From: Candidatus Bathyarchaeota archaeon | GTDB taxonomy: Archaea > Thermoproteota > Bathyarchaeia > 40CM-2-53-6 | Reading direction: 5' to 3' | DNA: 64,000 nucleotides | NCBI GenBank assembly: GCA_963706285.1 | Contig: CAVPLU010000004.1 | Coordinates: forward strand, 64,001 to 128,000 | Part shown: positions 30,595 through 40,777 of the stretch, in pieces | Layout: every line of letters starts with the position of its first letter | Numbering within the stretch: position 1 is the first letter of the stretch | Position numbers and translations under genes: made by a program | Notes under the pieces: generated by a model | What the model was told of the DNA's origin: nothing | What the model saw: only the letters and a program-made list of their open reading frames with translations | Database searches by the model: none

Positions 30595-31563
30595 CTATTC
30601 GCGTAGGATTTGAGCGAGCTGTTCGGGTTCTATGTTACCGCCAGTGAGGACGAGCACGACCTTGCTTCCGGATAGCTTGTCTTTGATCTTGTAGGCTGCT
30701 GCGGTCGATGCGGCACCCGATAGTTCAGCGACCTGTCCTGTTGATCGGAATATCGTCTTGACCGCCTGTTTCATCTCCTGATCGCTAACCAGAATGATGT
30801 CATCCAGCTTCTCTCTGAGAATCCTCAAGGGTAACTCGTACGCTCGACTCGTCGCAAGACCTTCTGCAATTGTCTGCACACCGTCTGTGGATGATATGGC
30901 GCCTTCCTTCCAGGAACGGTAGAAAGCAGGGGCGCCTTCAGCTTGCACGCCTATCACTCTGATGCTGGGATTCAAGCTCTTGTGGACGATGCATGCGGCA
31001 GAAGCCCCCGACCCACCACCAATAGGAACGATGACTACGTTCACGTCTCGAAGCTCATCAGATACCTCGAGATGCATGGTTCCGACACCTTCGAACAGCA
31101 GCGGTTCGTTGATGCCGTGCACGTATAGGAATCCTCTCTCGTGGGACAGTTTCTCTGCATACTCGCGAGCCTCTTCATAATAGCTGCCGTGGAAGATCAC
31201 TTCGGCGCCGAGATCTCTAATCGCCTCGGTCTTGATCTCTGGAACACCATGAGGCATAACAATGCGAACATTCACTCCGAACAGGGAACCCGCGTAGGCG
31301 ATTGACTGAGCGTGATTTCCGGTGGAGGCTGTGACGACGCCGCGGTTGAGCGCTTCTTCTTTCTTTCTCTCCATATAGTTGACGCCTCCGCGGACTTTGA
31401 ACGCTCTTGTCGGCTGGAGATTCTCCAGTTTCAAGTAGATTTGGCATCCGAGAAGTCTGGAGAGTTGTCGTGAGTAGAGAAGCGGAGTGGGCTTCAGGTA
31501 ACGGTTGACTACGTCTCTGGCGGCATAGACGTCTTTCAGCTGTGGAATTCTTAGCTGCTCCAC
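30595..31563 (-). CDS. PLP-dependent threonine/serine dehydratase without ACT domain
   Basis: KLENLQPTRAFKVRG, STGNHAQ, PIGGGSG, TGGN. Confidence 0.9.
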   Translation of the reverse strand: MEQLRIPQLKDVYAARDVVNRYLKPTPLLYSRQLSRLLGCQIYLKLENLQPTRAFKVRGGVNYMERKKEEALNRGVVTASTGNHAQSIAYAGSLFGVNVRIVMPHGVPEIKTEAIRDLGAEVIFHGSYYEEAREYAEKLSHERGFLYVHGINEPLLFEGVGTMHLEVSDELRDVNVVIVPIGGGSGASAACIVHKSLNPSIRVIGVQAEGAPAFYRSWKEGAISSTDGVQTIAEGLATSRAYELPLRILREKLDDIILVSDQEMKQAVKTIFRSTGQVAELSGAASTAAAYKIKDKLSGSKVVLVLTGGNIEPEQLAQILRE

Positions 31564-31652
31564 TTTTGGAACCAGCTGTACCTTTTCGGGTAGGCTCGCG
31601 TATCATAATCGTTGGATACATTATCTCTTTTGCGTGGCTTGTTCGCACGCGA

Positions 31653-31691
31653 GGTGGGAGTCACCCTTGAAGGGGTGGGAGTCACCCTTGA
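31653..31691. repeat. 18-bp direct repeat, two copies, 21-bp period
   Basis: GGTGGGAGTCACCCTTGA at 31653 and 31674. Confidence 0.85.
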
Positions 31692-31969
31692 TCGCATTAG
31701 CGCCCTCATCAAGTCGAAACGCGAGCAGGCCCCTGTTTGGGCAGGTGGCAGAGGTCATCATTGAGTTCTCAGGTCTGCGAGATCTACGATCTCTTCATCA
31801 CTCCGCTGCGACTGGTATCCCTTTTGGGTGGCCTATTTTTGTGCACCCTAGAGAGATCTGGGAGCTGCGTGAGAGCACGCATTTCAGGTGCTGCCTGTGA
31901 GCCTGTTGATCGATGCTCTGCAAAGCGTTAAATGTGGTCTTGTCTTCAACCAGAAACGTGGAATCAGTT

Positions 31970-32146
31970 ATGCCACTTTTCAAGAAACGTCATACAGGCC
32001 ATGAGAACCATCTGTGTAAGAAAGTGGAAGGGGGAACCACTCTCAGCGCGTTTCTGGTCTTCATCAAGAATCCAAAGTTCGTTTGCATGCAGTGTGGACG
32101 AGCAGCGGCTAAGGCTGAGAACCTCTGCGAACCAACACCAATCTAG
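31970..32146 (+). CDS. Small Cys/His-rich hypothetical protein
   Basis: HLC...NPKFVCMQCGRAA...NLCEP; TTAAAT TATA-like element upstream. Confidence 0.7.
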   Translation: MPLFKKRHTGHENHLCKKVEGGTTLSAFLVFIKNPKFVCMQCGRAAAKAENLCEPTPI

Positions 32147-32331
32147 AACTAGAACTCTGCCTTCTATTCCCCGCACGCCAACTTTCCGTCAGTCATTTCG
32201 ATACAGGAATTGTGAAAGTGGAACTTCCCCGAGCAGACTGCTCGTCGAAAACCACGCCAACAGAATTACGACGATGGAAAGTTTGAGTCTACTCCAAGAT
32301 GGCTCGGCGGATATTGATTTCAGGCATTATT

Positions 32332-32637
32332 CTAAGATGCTTGCGATCCAGCAACCATGTCTTCATGGCTCACATTGAGCGGTCCATTACATTTTGGACA
32401 GTCATGAGGGATCTTTGCTAGAGCCTTCAACTTCACGTTGTGTTCGGGGCAGTCTCCCTCGAACTCTCTGTTGTTTACGTCGATCGAATGAAGCGTTTCG
32501 TCGATGTCACATTGAAACAACTTGTAGAAGGCAAAGTCCTCGTTCATATCCGAAAGTGTCTGACCGTGCTCCTTCGTTCCGATGAGCAGATCCGTATTAT
32601 AGTTGCACCTCGAACAGGCTAACTGGATATGTTCCAT
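32332..32637 (-). CDS. Multi-Cys zinc-ribbon hypothetical protein
   Basis: CSRC, CDID, CPEH, CPKC motifs; start re-called at MEHIQL. Confidence 0.65.
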   Translation of the reverse strand: MEHIQLACSRCNYNTDLLIGTKEHGQTLSDMNEDFAFYKLFQCDIDETLHSIDVNNREFEGDCPEHNVKLKALAKIPHDCPKCNGPLNVSHEDMVAGSQAS

Positions 32638-32907
32638 TTCGCAACCTTCTACAAGACAAACACTCCTGTTGTAGGAATAAGAACCTGTCCGCTTGCGAGA
32701 GCGAACAAGAACTATTGGCCCACCTGACAAAGACAGAACAATCCACCGTCGGATCGGTGCATTCACAAAGCCTGACATGAGTAAAACCGCAAGAATCCAA
32801 GGCTAGCGTTCTAGTTGGAACTCAAGCTTGGCCTCAAGAAGAGCTTTGAATTGATTATCAGTCATTTTATGCTGGTTGTGCCATGGTGAATTGTTGAGGG
32901 GAGAGAA

Positions 32908-33316
32908 ATGTTCTCAGAGCCTGAGGTTGAGTATCTGAAGACTCAGCGTCTAGCTAGGATTGCGACTGTATCATCTACCGGTCAACCTGATGTGGTGCCG
33001 GTTGCTTTCGAATTTGATGGCAAGTTCTTCTATGTCGGTAGTCACAGCCAAGACATCTTTCACAGAACACGCAAGTACAAGAATGTTAGAGACGGCAATC
33101 GGATGGTGGCATTAACAATTGACGACATGGAATCCATCGACCCATGGAGACCTCGAGCCGTCAAGGTATACGGAAGCGCCGAGATTACCGAACATGACGG
33201 AATATTCGGACCTGGAAAGTACCTGCGGATCACTCCGAAGATTTCCTGGAGCTGGGGCATTCACGGACTCAAAGCGAAAGAAGGCCAATGGATCGTCAAG
33301 ACCTGTCCACGAATAG
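32908..33316 (+). CDS. PPOX-class putative F420-dependent oxidoreductase (indel near 33304)
   Basis: LARIATVSSTGQPDVVPV, KYKNV, IDD...PWRPR, ISWSWG; removing one base gives a natural end TVHE-stop. Confidence 0.82.
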
Positions 33317-33367
33317 ACCTATTCACAAGCAAACGCTTTCGGATCGATTCATGGAGGCGCGAATCAC

Positions 33368-33715
33368 ATGATGGGTGGTGCAGGAGATTCTGGTCGAAAA
33401 GCTCTGATGGGCAGGGCTACGGAGTTAGCTGGTCTGGTCAACTATCAAGAAGGCGCTGTAGTAAGCAAGACAATAATCGAGAAGAAAACTGGTACTGTCA
33501 CTCTGTTTGCTTTTGATGAGGCGCAGGGGTTGAGTGAGCACACTGCTCCGTTTGATGCTCTCGTCTGTATACTTGACGGCGAAGCCATGGTGACAGTTTC
33601 GGGGAAGAGTCAGCGGGTGAAGAAGGGCGAGGCTATTCTGATGCCGGCGAACGAGCCGCACGCCCTGGAAGGCCCTGGAAGATTCAAGATGATGCTGACT
33701 ATGATACGGTCATAG
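33368..33715 (+). CDS. Cupin domain protein
   Basis: TLFAFD..QGLSEHTAPFDA, MPANEPHAL, FKMML. Confidence 0.92.
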   Translation: MMGGAGDSGRKALMGRATELAGLVNYQEGAVVSKTIIEKKTGTVTLFAFDEAQGLSEHTAPFDALVCILDGEAMVTVSGKSQRVKKGEAILMPANEPHALEGPGRFKMMLTMIRS

Positions 33716-33751
33716 TTGCTGACCGTTTTCAGAAGCGGTTAGTGAAAGGGG

Positions 33752-34744
33752 CTACTTCCGTGATGAGAGCTGCTTGAATGCCTCCGTCAGGGCTGGCAAG
33801 ATCTTGTAAAGATCCCCAACGATCCCGTAGTCGGCATACTCGAAGATAGGTGCCTTCGAGTCCGTGTTCACGCACACCACAACACGGGCGTTCTGAATGC
33901 CTGTAATGTGTTGTATCTGGCCCGAGATGCCGCAGGCGACATAGAGTTTCGGTGCAACCTTCTGGCCGGATAATCCTACGTATTGATCGATCGGGAGCCA
34001 CTTTAGGTCCTCAGCGATCGGTCTAGAGCAGCCAACAACCCCGTTGATGGTCTTCGCAAGTTCCTCGACAATCGGTATATCTTCCTTTTTCTTGAGTCCA
34101 CGTCCAAATGAGACGATCGCCTCAGCTTCCGTGACTCTCACTCCTGCGAACTGTTTCGTCTTCCGTCCAAGAACCTTCACAGGAGATTCAGCTAACTTTG
34201 GCTGGACTTGTACGGTCTCTCCGGTTCTATTCGGATCTTTGGCTAGTGGTTGGAAGACTCCTTTCGGGAGAGTGAAGATTTGGGGCCTCGGTCGGATGAT
34301 CAGCGTTTCGGTTATGTTTCCTCCGAGTACGAGACGGTCAACAACCACGCATTTCTTCTCTGAATCAATGTCTAGCTTCGAACATTCTGTGCAACATCCA
34401 GTCTTCAGGCGTTCCGCAAGCCGTGCGGCAAGTTCCAGTCCGTTTCTGGTGGCTCCGATGAGTATGACATCTGGTCGGTAGGTTTGAGTTATCTGAGTCA
34501 GCACGTCTGAATACGGATGAACTTGGTAACTCCCCAGCGACGGATCCTGAACAGTGTACACTTTGTCCGCGCCGAAGGCCACGAAGTCTTTGCTGTTATC
34601 TGAAACGTTGTCGCCTATGGCGACTGCGGCTAGGTGAGTTCCAAGCTTTCCCGCAAGCTCGCGTCCCTTTGAAAGTAGTTCTCGAGTGATTGCAGGGTTC
34701 TCTGAGAACACGCAGACGCCGTCGTGTTTCTGAGTGGTAGTCAT
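33752..34744 (-). CDS. etfA: Electron transfer flavoprotein alpha subunit
   Basis: SFGRG, GCSRPI, VGLSGQKVAPKLYVACGISGQIQH, NTDSKAPIF..ADYG. Confidence 0.96.
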   Translation of the reverse strand: MTTTQKHDGVCVFSENPAITRELLSKGRELAGKLGTHLAAVAIGDNVSDNSKDFVAFGADKVYTVQDPSLGSYQVHPYSDVLTQITQTYRPDVILIGATRNGLELAARLAERLKTGCCTECSKLDIDSEKKCVVVDRLVLGGNITETLIIRPRPQIFTLPKGVFQPLAKDPNRTGETVQVQPKLAESPVKVLGRKTKQFAGVRVTEAEAIVSFGRGLKKKEDIPIVEELAKTINGVVGCSRPIAEDLKWLPIDQYVGLSGQKVAPKLYVACGISGQIQHITGIQNARVVVCVNTDSKAPIFEYADYGIVGDLYKILPALTEAFKQLSSRK

Positions 34745-35535
34745 GCGACCTTCACCACTCCTTCACTGATCAGGGTGGACGCAAGCTTCTCCGCGGCTTC
34801 CTTAGGTTCACCCTGTATCAGGATCCTCTTCCTTTCGCCCGTAGCGACAGCTGATTTCAACGCTTCAGTTAGCGAGCCGTCCCGACCTAGGTCGCTGGGC
34901 TTCAATCCTATGTCCGCGACTGTCCAGGCGGTCATAGGTTTCTTTGAGGCGGCCATTATGGCCATGAGTGTGGGGAGTCTTGGTTCGTTAATCTCTCGCG
35001 AAACCGTGATGAAGACTGGAAGTTTTGATTCGACCGTCTCGTAGGAGTCCTCAAGGTTTCTTTCCGCGGTGACTTTTCCATCTTGAATGGTGATCTTGGC
35101 TGCGTAGGTTATCTGGGGAAGGTTCAGGATCTCGGCTGTTCGCGGTCCGACTTGGAATGAGTATTGATCCTCAGATGTTTCGCCGCATAGTATGATGTCG
35201 AATTGTCCGATCTTTCGTATTCCTGCTGCAAGAGCGGCTGCTGTCGCATGAGCGTCTGAGTTCTCGAATTCGGGACCAGTTAACATGTAGCCTTCGTCTG
35301 CTCCCATGGCTATGGCCTCGCGAAGTGCCTCCTTCGCTTGAGCTGGTCCCATTGTGAGTACGGTGATCTTGCCACCGAGTTTCTCTTTCAGTCTGACTGC
35401 TTCCTCAATTGCGTTTTTGTCGGATTCGCTGATGACGCGGGCGACACCTTCTGTCACGAGTTTCTTGTTGGTTCGGTCGATTCGCAGGTCTTGTGTGTAG
35501 AAGACCTGTTTGGCAAGCACAATTATGTTCGGCAT
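34741..35535 (-). CDS. etfB: Electron transfer flavoprotein beta subunit
   Basis: KQV, DKNAIEEA, AIAMGAD, QVGP, INEPRLP. Confidence 0.96.
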   Translation of the reverse strand: MPNIIVLAKQVFYTQDLRIDRTNKKLVTEGVARVISESDKNAIEEAVRLKEKLGGKITVLTMGPAQAKEALREAIAMGADEGYMLTGPEFENSDAHATAAALAAGIRKIGQFDIILCGETSEDQYSFQVGPRTAEILNLPQITYAAKITIQDGKVTAERNLEDSYETVESKLPVFITVSREINEPRLPTLMAIMAASKKPMTAWTVADIGLKPSDLGRDGSLTEALKSAVATGERKRILIQGEPKEAAEKLASTLISEGVVKVA

Positions 35536-35592
35536 GATGATCCTCCTACAGCGCGTTTCGCAAGTATGGCTGGCTAGGGTTTATGATATTGA

Positions 35593-37507
35593 CTATTCGA
35601 GCGCGTCTGCGACTAGCTCGGCGATGTCTCGGATAGGCATCTTCTCGGATGTGCCAAGTACTTTCGAGGCGTCTTCGAACATTGAGATGCAGTATGGGCA
35701 GGCTGCTGCTAGGATCTCAGGGCCGAGTTTTTCGGCTTCCTCGATTCTTATCACGCTACACTTCTTCTCGGCTTCTACGGTGTACCAGGTGTTTCCTCCG
35801 CCTCCGCCGCAGCAGAAGCTCTTAACTCGTGATCGTGGAAGCTCGACAAGTTTCCCGTTCGAGAGTGTTCGGATGATGGCTCGTGGGGATTCGTACTCGT
35901 CATTGTATCTGCCTAAGTAGCATGGGTCATGGTATGTGATGGTCCGGTCGGTTTCTTTCTTGAGTTTGAGTTTTCCGTCGCGCAGCAGTTGCGCTATCAG
36001 CTGTGTGTGGTGTATGACTTGGAACTTTGCGCCGAATCTCGGGTACTCGTTCTTGAAAGTGTTGTAGCAGTGGGGGCACTGGGTCACGATCTTCTTGACA
36101 CCGCGCTTATTCATCAGTTCGATCAGTTCCATTGCTGATTGCTGGAATCTTCCTTCTTCACCGATTCGGCGTGCAACTTCGCAGTTGCATTTTTCTTCGT
36201 TTCCTAGTATTCCGAAACTGATCTGTGCCGTCTTCATGATCTTGACTAGTGCTCGAGAGACCATTTGGTTTCGCGTGTCGTAGGAGCCAGCGCAACCAAC
36301 CCAGTACAGGAACTCTTGGTTAGGTTCATCGCCGTACAGTTTTACGTCGAGTCCTTCTGCCCATTTTGCTCTGTCTGAACTGCCGAGCCCGTATGTGTTG
36401 CCAACCGTTGTCAGAAAGGTGAGGAGATCTCGCTTCTTCTTGTCGACTTTGCCTTCTGCCATCAGGTGTCGGCGCATGTCACAAATTGCGTTGACATGGT
36501 GAATCAGGACCGGGCATTCCTGAACGCAGGCGCGGCAGGTGGTACATGCCCAGAGTTCCTCTGGATCTACAGTTTGTCCGTGAAGTTGCTTCGCTGCACT
36601 TGGCGATTGAAGTTCAAGGTTCTTGAGTTTCAGTATGACATGCATCGGTGACAGTTTGGTTCCACCTGCTTTTGCGGGGCATGCGTCTGAGCAGCGTTGG
36701 CAGAGTGTACATGCGTCAAAGCTGAGTTTCTGTTGACAGGTGAAGTCATTGATCTCTGATGCGCCGACTTTGACGTCGAAGTTGCCTGACTCCATCATTT
36801 GTTTGAGGTCGAATGGCGTTGTCATCTCGCCCTTCACTGCATTTGGCGTCCAGTAGACGTTCAGTGGCGAGGTAATCAGGTGAATCAGGCGAGAGTTCGG
36901 TATGTATGCGATCAGTGAGAAGACTAATGCTGAGTGAATCAGAAAGAGGCTCGGGTAAAGGTCCACGAGCACTTTAGGTCCCAACTGCGTGAAGAGCGGC
37001 GAGAGTACTTCTCCAACTGGGGAGTCCCAAGCCCAAGTGTTGACTCCCATCATCAGAAATCCGGAGAGTGGCCATCGCAATTATGACGCCGAAGACAAAG
37101 GAGTCTTCCCAGGCGGTCTCAAGCGGAGGCCCGATAGCTCTAAGACGTTTGTATTCGAGAAGAATCAATCCCAAAACGAATAACAGAGCCAGGTAACCTA
37201 CGATCTCTTCCAAGATCGGAAAGAACATTCCTAGGAGAAGCAGGAAACCGATTATCGAGATGAGCGCGTGCATTGTTCCGTTGTATCTTTTGTTAAGAAC
37301 CTTAGCCTGCGCTATTCCGAAGTATAGGAGTCTCTTCAACCGTGAGAGTGCCGTTCCGGAGATCTGATCTGCTTTTCCTTGCTTCCACGCACGCACGTGT
37401 CTTCTGATCCCGATAATGAAGAGGAAAGCGCTGATGGCGCCGAATATCCACCAAGCGATCACGAAAAAGATGGGAAGATACTGGAAGACGTCTCTGATGA
37501 TCTCCAT
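35593..37507 (-). CDS. Membrane-bound Fe-S oxidoreductase (FadF/EMO type: heme-b membrane domain, two 4Fe-4S motifs, two CCG domains); indel near 37070
   Basis: TM region with His residues (MHAL, LIHS, LIHL); CTLCQRC...CP; CTTCRAC...CP; VGC, CPHC, HDPCYLGR, CCGGGG, ACPYC. Confidence 0.88.
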
Positions 37508-37509
37508 TC

Positions 37510-38874
37510 TTAGGCCTCCTGTTTGCTGGTCTTTCTTGCGTGGCCGCGAAGTATCGCATAGAACGGAATCGCGACTACTAGTGGTGCTACAATAACGATT
37601 GATCCTAGGACCAGGTTCATTGTTTCAATTGGAATGGAGAGGCTTGCTGAGAGGATCTCGTTCAATGCGTAGAGTGTCAGTGTAGAGAGAAGTCCGAGAG
37701 ACCACACTCCGATAGCCGTCTTGATTGGTCTTCTAAGTGCACGAACTTCGTTTCCACGGTCGATCACGGGCATTAGAAGAAGCACGAGGAACATCGCGGC
37801 TGCGATCAGAATGCCAACAACCTTTGCGCTCAGCAGGTCAACGCCGAAGACTGTGGCGGGCGGGACAAAATGAAGGAGATCGTAGGCCCAACCGACCCAT
37901 TTGAGAAGTCCATACGCCCAGAGGAAATACCATTCAGGAGCTATGAACTGTGGCGTAAGGAATCTGTTTGCAGGATCACCCGGCGCTTGGACGGCATACG
38001 CCCCTAAGAGCAACACAATACCGAGCGTGACAAGTGAGAGGATCAGGACAGGAGTAATTTGGTGTGGGATGAAGGGGGCGAAGAGCGGTCCTTCCTGCTT
38101 CCCAGCTTCGGTTTGACCTGTCGGAGGTTTCCATGCTTCCTCAGGCTCCGAGACCCCCTGAAGCAGCACTAGGACAATGTGTGCGCCCACTAAGACGATC
38201 GCGACAACGGGAAGGAGGCTGACGTGATAGAAGTACATCCTCGTCAACGTAATGGCGGAAAGACCGGTTCCGCCCAGAAGCACCCGCGCAATCAAGTCAC
38301 CCAGAAAAGGAATCGACCTCATAATCTGCACGCTAATCGTCGCAGCCCAATAGCCGAGCTGATCCCAAGGAAGAAGGTACCCTGAAAACGAGTAAGCAAG
38401 TGCCAGCCCTAGCGAAAGGACGCCTAACATCCATGATATTTCACGTCCGATTCTGTAGGGATTGCGGAAGAACGCCCAGAACGCGTGAATCACAAGCGCG
38501 GCAACGAGCAGGTTCGCGCCCCATTGATGTGTTCCTCTAATTAGCGCTCCGAGTGGAACGTACCTCATTATGTTCTGAACGCTCTGGTACGCTTGAGTTG
38601 GGGTTCCTGGATCGCCCACGGCGGAGGGCACATAGTTGAAAGCAAGAAGTAGACCGGTGACACCCTGCAGAATGGCAAGAAAAGCCACTATCGAACCCGC
38701 ATAGTAGAACGGGTAACCAAACCAGAAGATCTTGGATCTATTCTGTCGTGTCAGAGAACTCGGCAGAGCGAAGTTGACACTTCTCTGAGCCTCCGCAATC
38801 AAAGGAGAGATGTTGAAACGTCTATCAAACCACTCGTAAATCCTCTTCCTCCGCGATGACATAGCCAAACTCAT
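37510..38874 (-). CDS. petB: Cytochrome b of a Rieske/cytochrome b complex (unsplit)
   Basis: RGTHQWGA...IH, SGYLLPWDQLGYWA, FYH-x14-H, PEWYF Qo motif. Confidence 0.94.
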   Translation of the reverse strand: MSLAMSSRRKRIYEWFDRRFNISPLIAEAQRSVNFALPSSLTRQNRSKIFWFGYPFYYAGSIVAFLAILQGVTGLLLAFNYVPSAVGDPGTPTQAYQSVQNIMRYVPLGALIRGTHQWGANLLVAALVIHAFWAFFRNPYRIGREISWMLGVLSLGLALAYSFSGYLLPWDQLGYWAATISVQIMRSIPFLGDLIARVLLGGTGLSAITLTRMYFYHVSLLPVVAIVLVGAHIVLVLLQGVSEPEEAWKPPTGQTEAGKQEGPLFAPFIPHQITPVLILSLVTLGIVLLLGAYAVQAPGDPANRFLTPQFIAPEWYFLWAYGLLKWVGWAYDLLHFVPPATVFGVDLLSAKVVGILIAAAMFLVLLLMPVIDRGNEVRALRRPIKTAIGVWSLGLLSTLTLYALNEILSASLSIPIETMNLVLGSIVIVAPLVVAIPFYAILRGHARKTSKQEA

Positions 38875-39509
38875 CCACAGTAGTCGTAGATTCCGAGATC
38901 CGTGACAACCCCGAGGACTTTGCCGTCTTTGATTTCGATCGGTATCATCGGCGCAGCTCTCGGCGGCGGACCTGCAATCACCTTTGCTCCGGAATATTCA
39001 ATGCCATTGAGCATGATGTCCTTGACGATGTTGTACGGATCGAAGGCGCCATCATGGCATCTACAGAACAACACATCCTCCTTTGGTCGATCCAGATGCC
39101 ATGTGAATATGCAACACAGGTGAGTGCAGGCAGCTGCGAATGCAATCAATCCGTTAGTGGCCGTTGCACCTTGAAGTCTATTTTCGTCAACGCGTATGAC
39201 GACGGCTGGAATCATTCCACGCCAAAGAACACTGGCACCTTTTCCAACTTGATCGAAATCCTCCAGCTTGACTTCAGTTCCTGCCTTGCTTGAGTACCAT
39301 GTGTCCTTTTCCGGTCCGTACCTGAAGATGTTGTCAACTTCTCCCAGTGGTCCGCCAGCTCCGGCGCGCGGGAGAAGCGATGTAAGAAGCGACAGGAATG
39401 AGACGACGGTTCCTGCAATTCCCAGCGAGATTATGGTCTGGACGAACTCGCGTCTGTTGATTCGAAGTCTGATCTTCTTCTCCGATCCGTCGGCTGGTTT
39501 CTCAGTCAT
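38871..39509 (-). CDS. Rieske 2Fe-2S protein of a Rieske/cytochrome b complex, with Tat signal
   Basis: NRREFV Tat motif plus TM helix; CTHLCC and CRCHDGAF; GPPPR. Confidence 0.93.
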   Translation of the reverse strand: MTEKPADGSEKKIRLRINRREFVQTIISLGIAGTVVSFLSLLTSLLPRAGAGGPLGEVDNIFRYGPEKDTWYSSKAGTEVKLEDFDQVGKGASVLWRGMIPAVVIRVDENRLQGATATNGLIAFAAACTHLCCIFTWHLDRPKEDVLFCRCHDGAFDPYNIVKDIMLNGIEYSGAKVIAGPPPRAAPMIPIEIKDGKVLGVVTDLGIYDYCG

Positions 39510-39990
39510 GCTCCTTGTCTCCGCTGACTTCTTTCTTCGACAAGTTCGATAAGTTCGCGGCAACGAGTTCTAGTCGCGGTTTTCTCGTGAAAGCTTCGCT
39601 CATGAACGTGCTCCTGTATGCCGCCAAAATTATTGCCGCAAGGAATGCTGCCACTGCGAGCATAGTCCCGAGTGCAATTGATCCCATCCCTTGAAGCGCA
39701 CTCAAGACTATCAAGGCGTCCAATAGGAGCTCCAGGATCACCATCGTTACGATTCCAATGTATGCGGCATCCGATGACGAGAGAGGATTTCCAAGCCTAA
39801 CAATGTCTTTTGGTCCAAGTGGGCTCAATTGTGGCATTGTTTTGTTTCTATCCGATCTGAGAACGTAGTACATGATGCCCATCAAGAGGAAGACAAAGAG
39901 GAAGGCGACGAGTCCAGCCTCGAATGAAGGTATCTCCGTGATCAAAGCTCGCTGGCTGAAAGTTCCGAGAACTCCGCTAACAAGCTCCAT
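39502..39990 (-). CDS. Hypothetical membrane protein, first gene of the Rieske/cytochrome b operon
   Basis: About three TM helices; stop overlaps the Rieske start. Confidence 0.75.
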   Translation of the reverse strand: MELVSGVLGTFSQRALITEIPSFEAGLVAFLFVFLLMGIMYYVLRSDRNKTMPQLSPLGPKDIVRLGNPLSSSDAAYIGIVTMVILELLLDALIVLSALQGMGSIALGTMLAVAAFLAAIILAAYRSTFMSEAFTRKPRLELVAANLSNLSKKEVSGDKEHD

Positions 39991-40225
39991 CGGAGGATCG
40001 ATCGGTGAGTAGCCTTTATCACTCTATATTAGTCCTCCTTCCAAATTGTGTACTGCTCATTGTTCCTGAAGATCCTCGGCACCCTTTGACCATACTTCTC
40101 ATAGTGAATCCAGTTCTTTCAACACGATTGAGAGAAGATCTCGAATCGGCGCGTCCCAATATGGCAATCAACTAGGCATGAAGCGGCAAGTACGCGAGAC
40201 GCCATCTGCAATGTAGTGCATTGAG

Positions 40226-40336
40226 ATGGCCTCGCCTCTAATCAGATGCGGCTACTGTGGACAGTGGATTCCGAGATTCACTCCATTCTGCCCTTGCTGC
40301 CAGAAGAAGTTCCTCTTCAAGGGATTGGGGCTCTAG
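40226..40336 (+). CDS. 36-aa zinc-finger microprotein (below the ORF-track cutoff)
   Basis: MASPLIRCGYCGQWIPRFTPFCPCCQKKFLFKGLGL: CxxC-x10-CxxC. Confidence 0.5.
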   Translation: MASPLIRCGYCGQWIPRFTPFCPCCQKKFLFKGLGL

Positions 40337-40503
40337 GCTCACCCACCAACTGCCCACTCCCGTTCTGATCTCACGCCTATTAGTGGTCTTGCTGGACCAA
40401 CCAGCCAGTCCACACAAAGCCCAATACCGACGAAAGTGTCCTTGCCTGAAAGTCTAGGACACTGACGCAACCTAACAATACAGAATCGTGAGTGGAGCAG
40501 AGA

Positions 40504-40728
40504 ATGCTAGGCGCGTTAGAGATCATCGTGATCCTAATCGTCGTGGGAGGACTTCTGCTGCTTCAAATCAAGACACGAACGGGCCCCTTAATTCCCTACA
40601 TGGCTGTCGTGGTTCTGCTTCTGTTACTTATGGCCGCCATGGAAATGATTCGTTCTCTCACTGGCGTTGTGTTAGTGCTTGCATTACTCTGCGGGCTTCT
40701 CTTGTACAGAGTCGTGCGGACAAGATAG
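40504..40728 (+). CDS. Small three-TM membrane protein
   Basis: Very hydrophobic ORF with GGAG upstream of the ATG. Confidence 0.55.
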   Translation: MLGALEIIVILIVVGGLLLLQIKTRTGPLIPYMAVVVLLLLLMAAMEMIRSLTGVVLVLALLCGLLLYRVVRTR

Positions 40729-40777
40729 CCTCTTACCCGACGAGTCGCGAGCTCTGCGATCGAGGAGTAGTTGGAAT

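Noticed and set aside
32908-33516. Apparent 202-aa PPOX protein with a long C-terminal extension overlapping the cupin gene
   Set aside because: The extension results from one extra base near 33304; the corrected frame stops at 33316.
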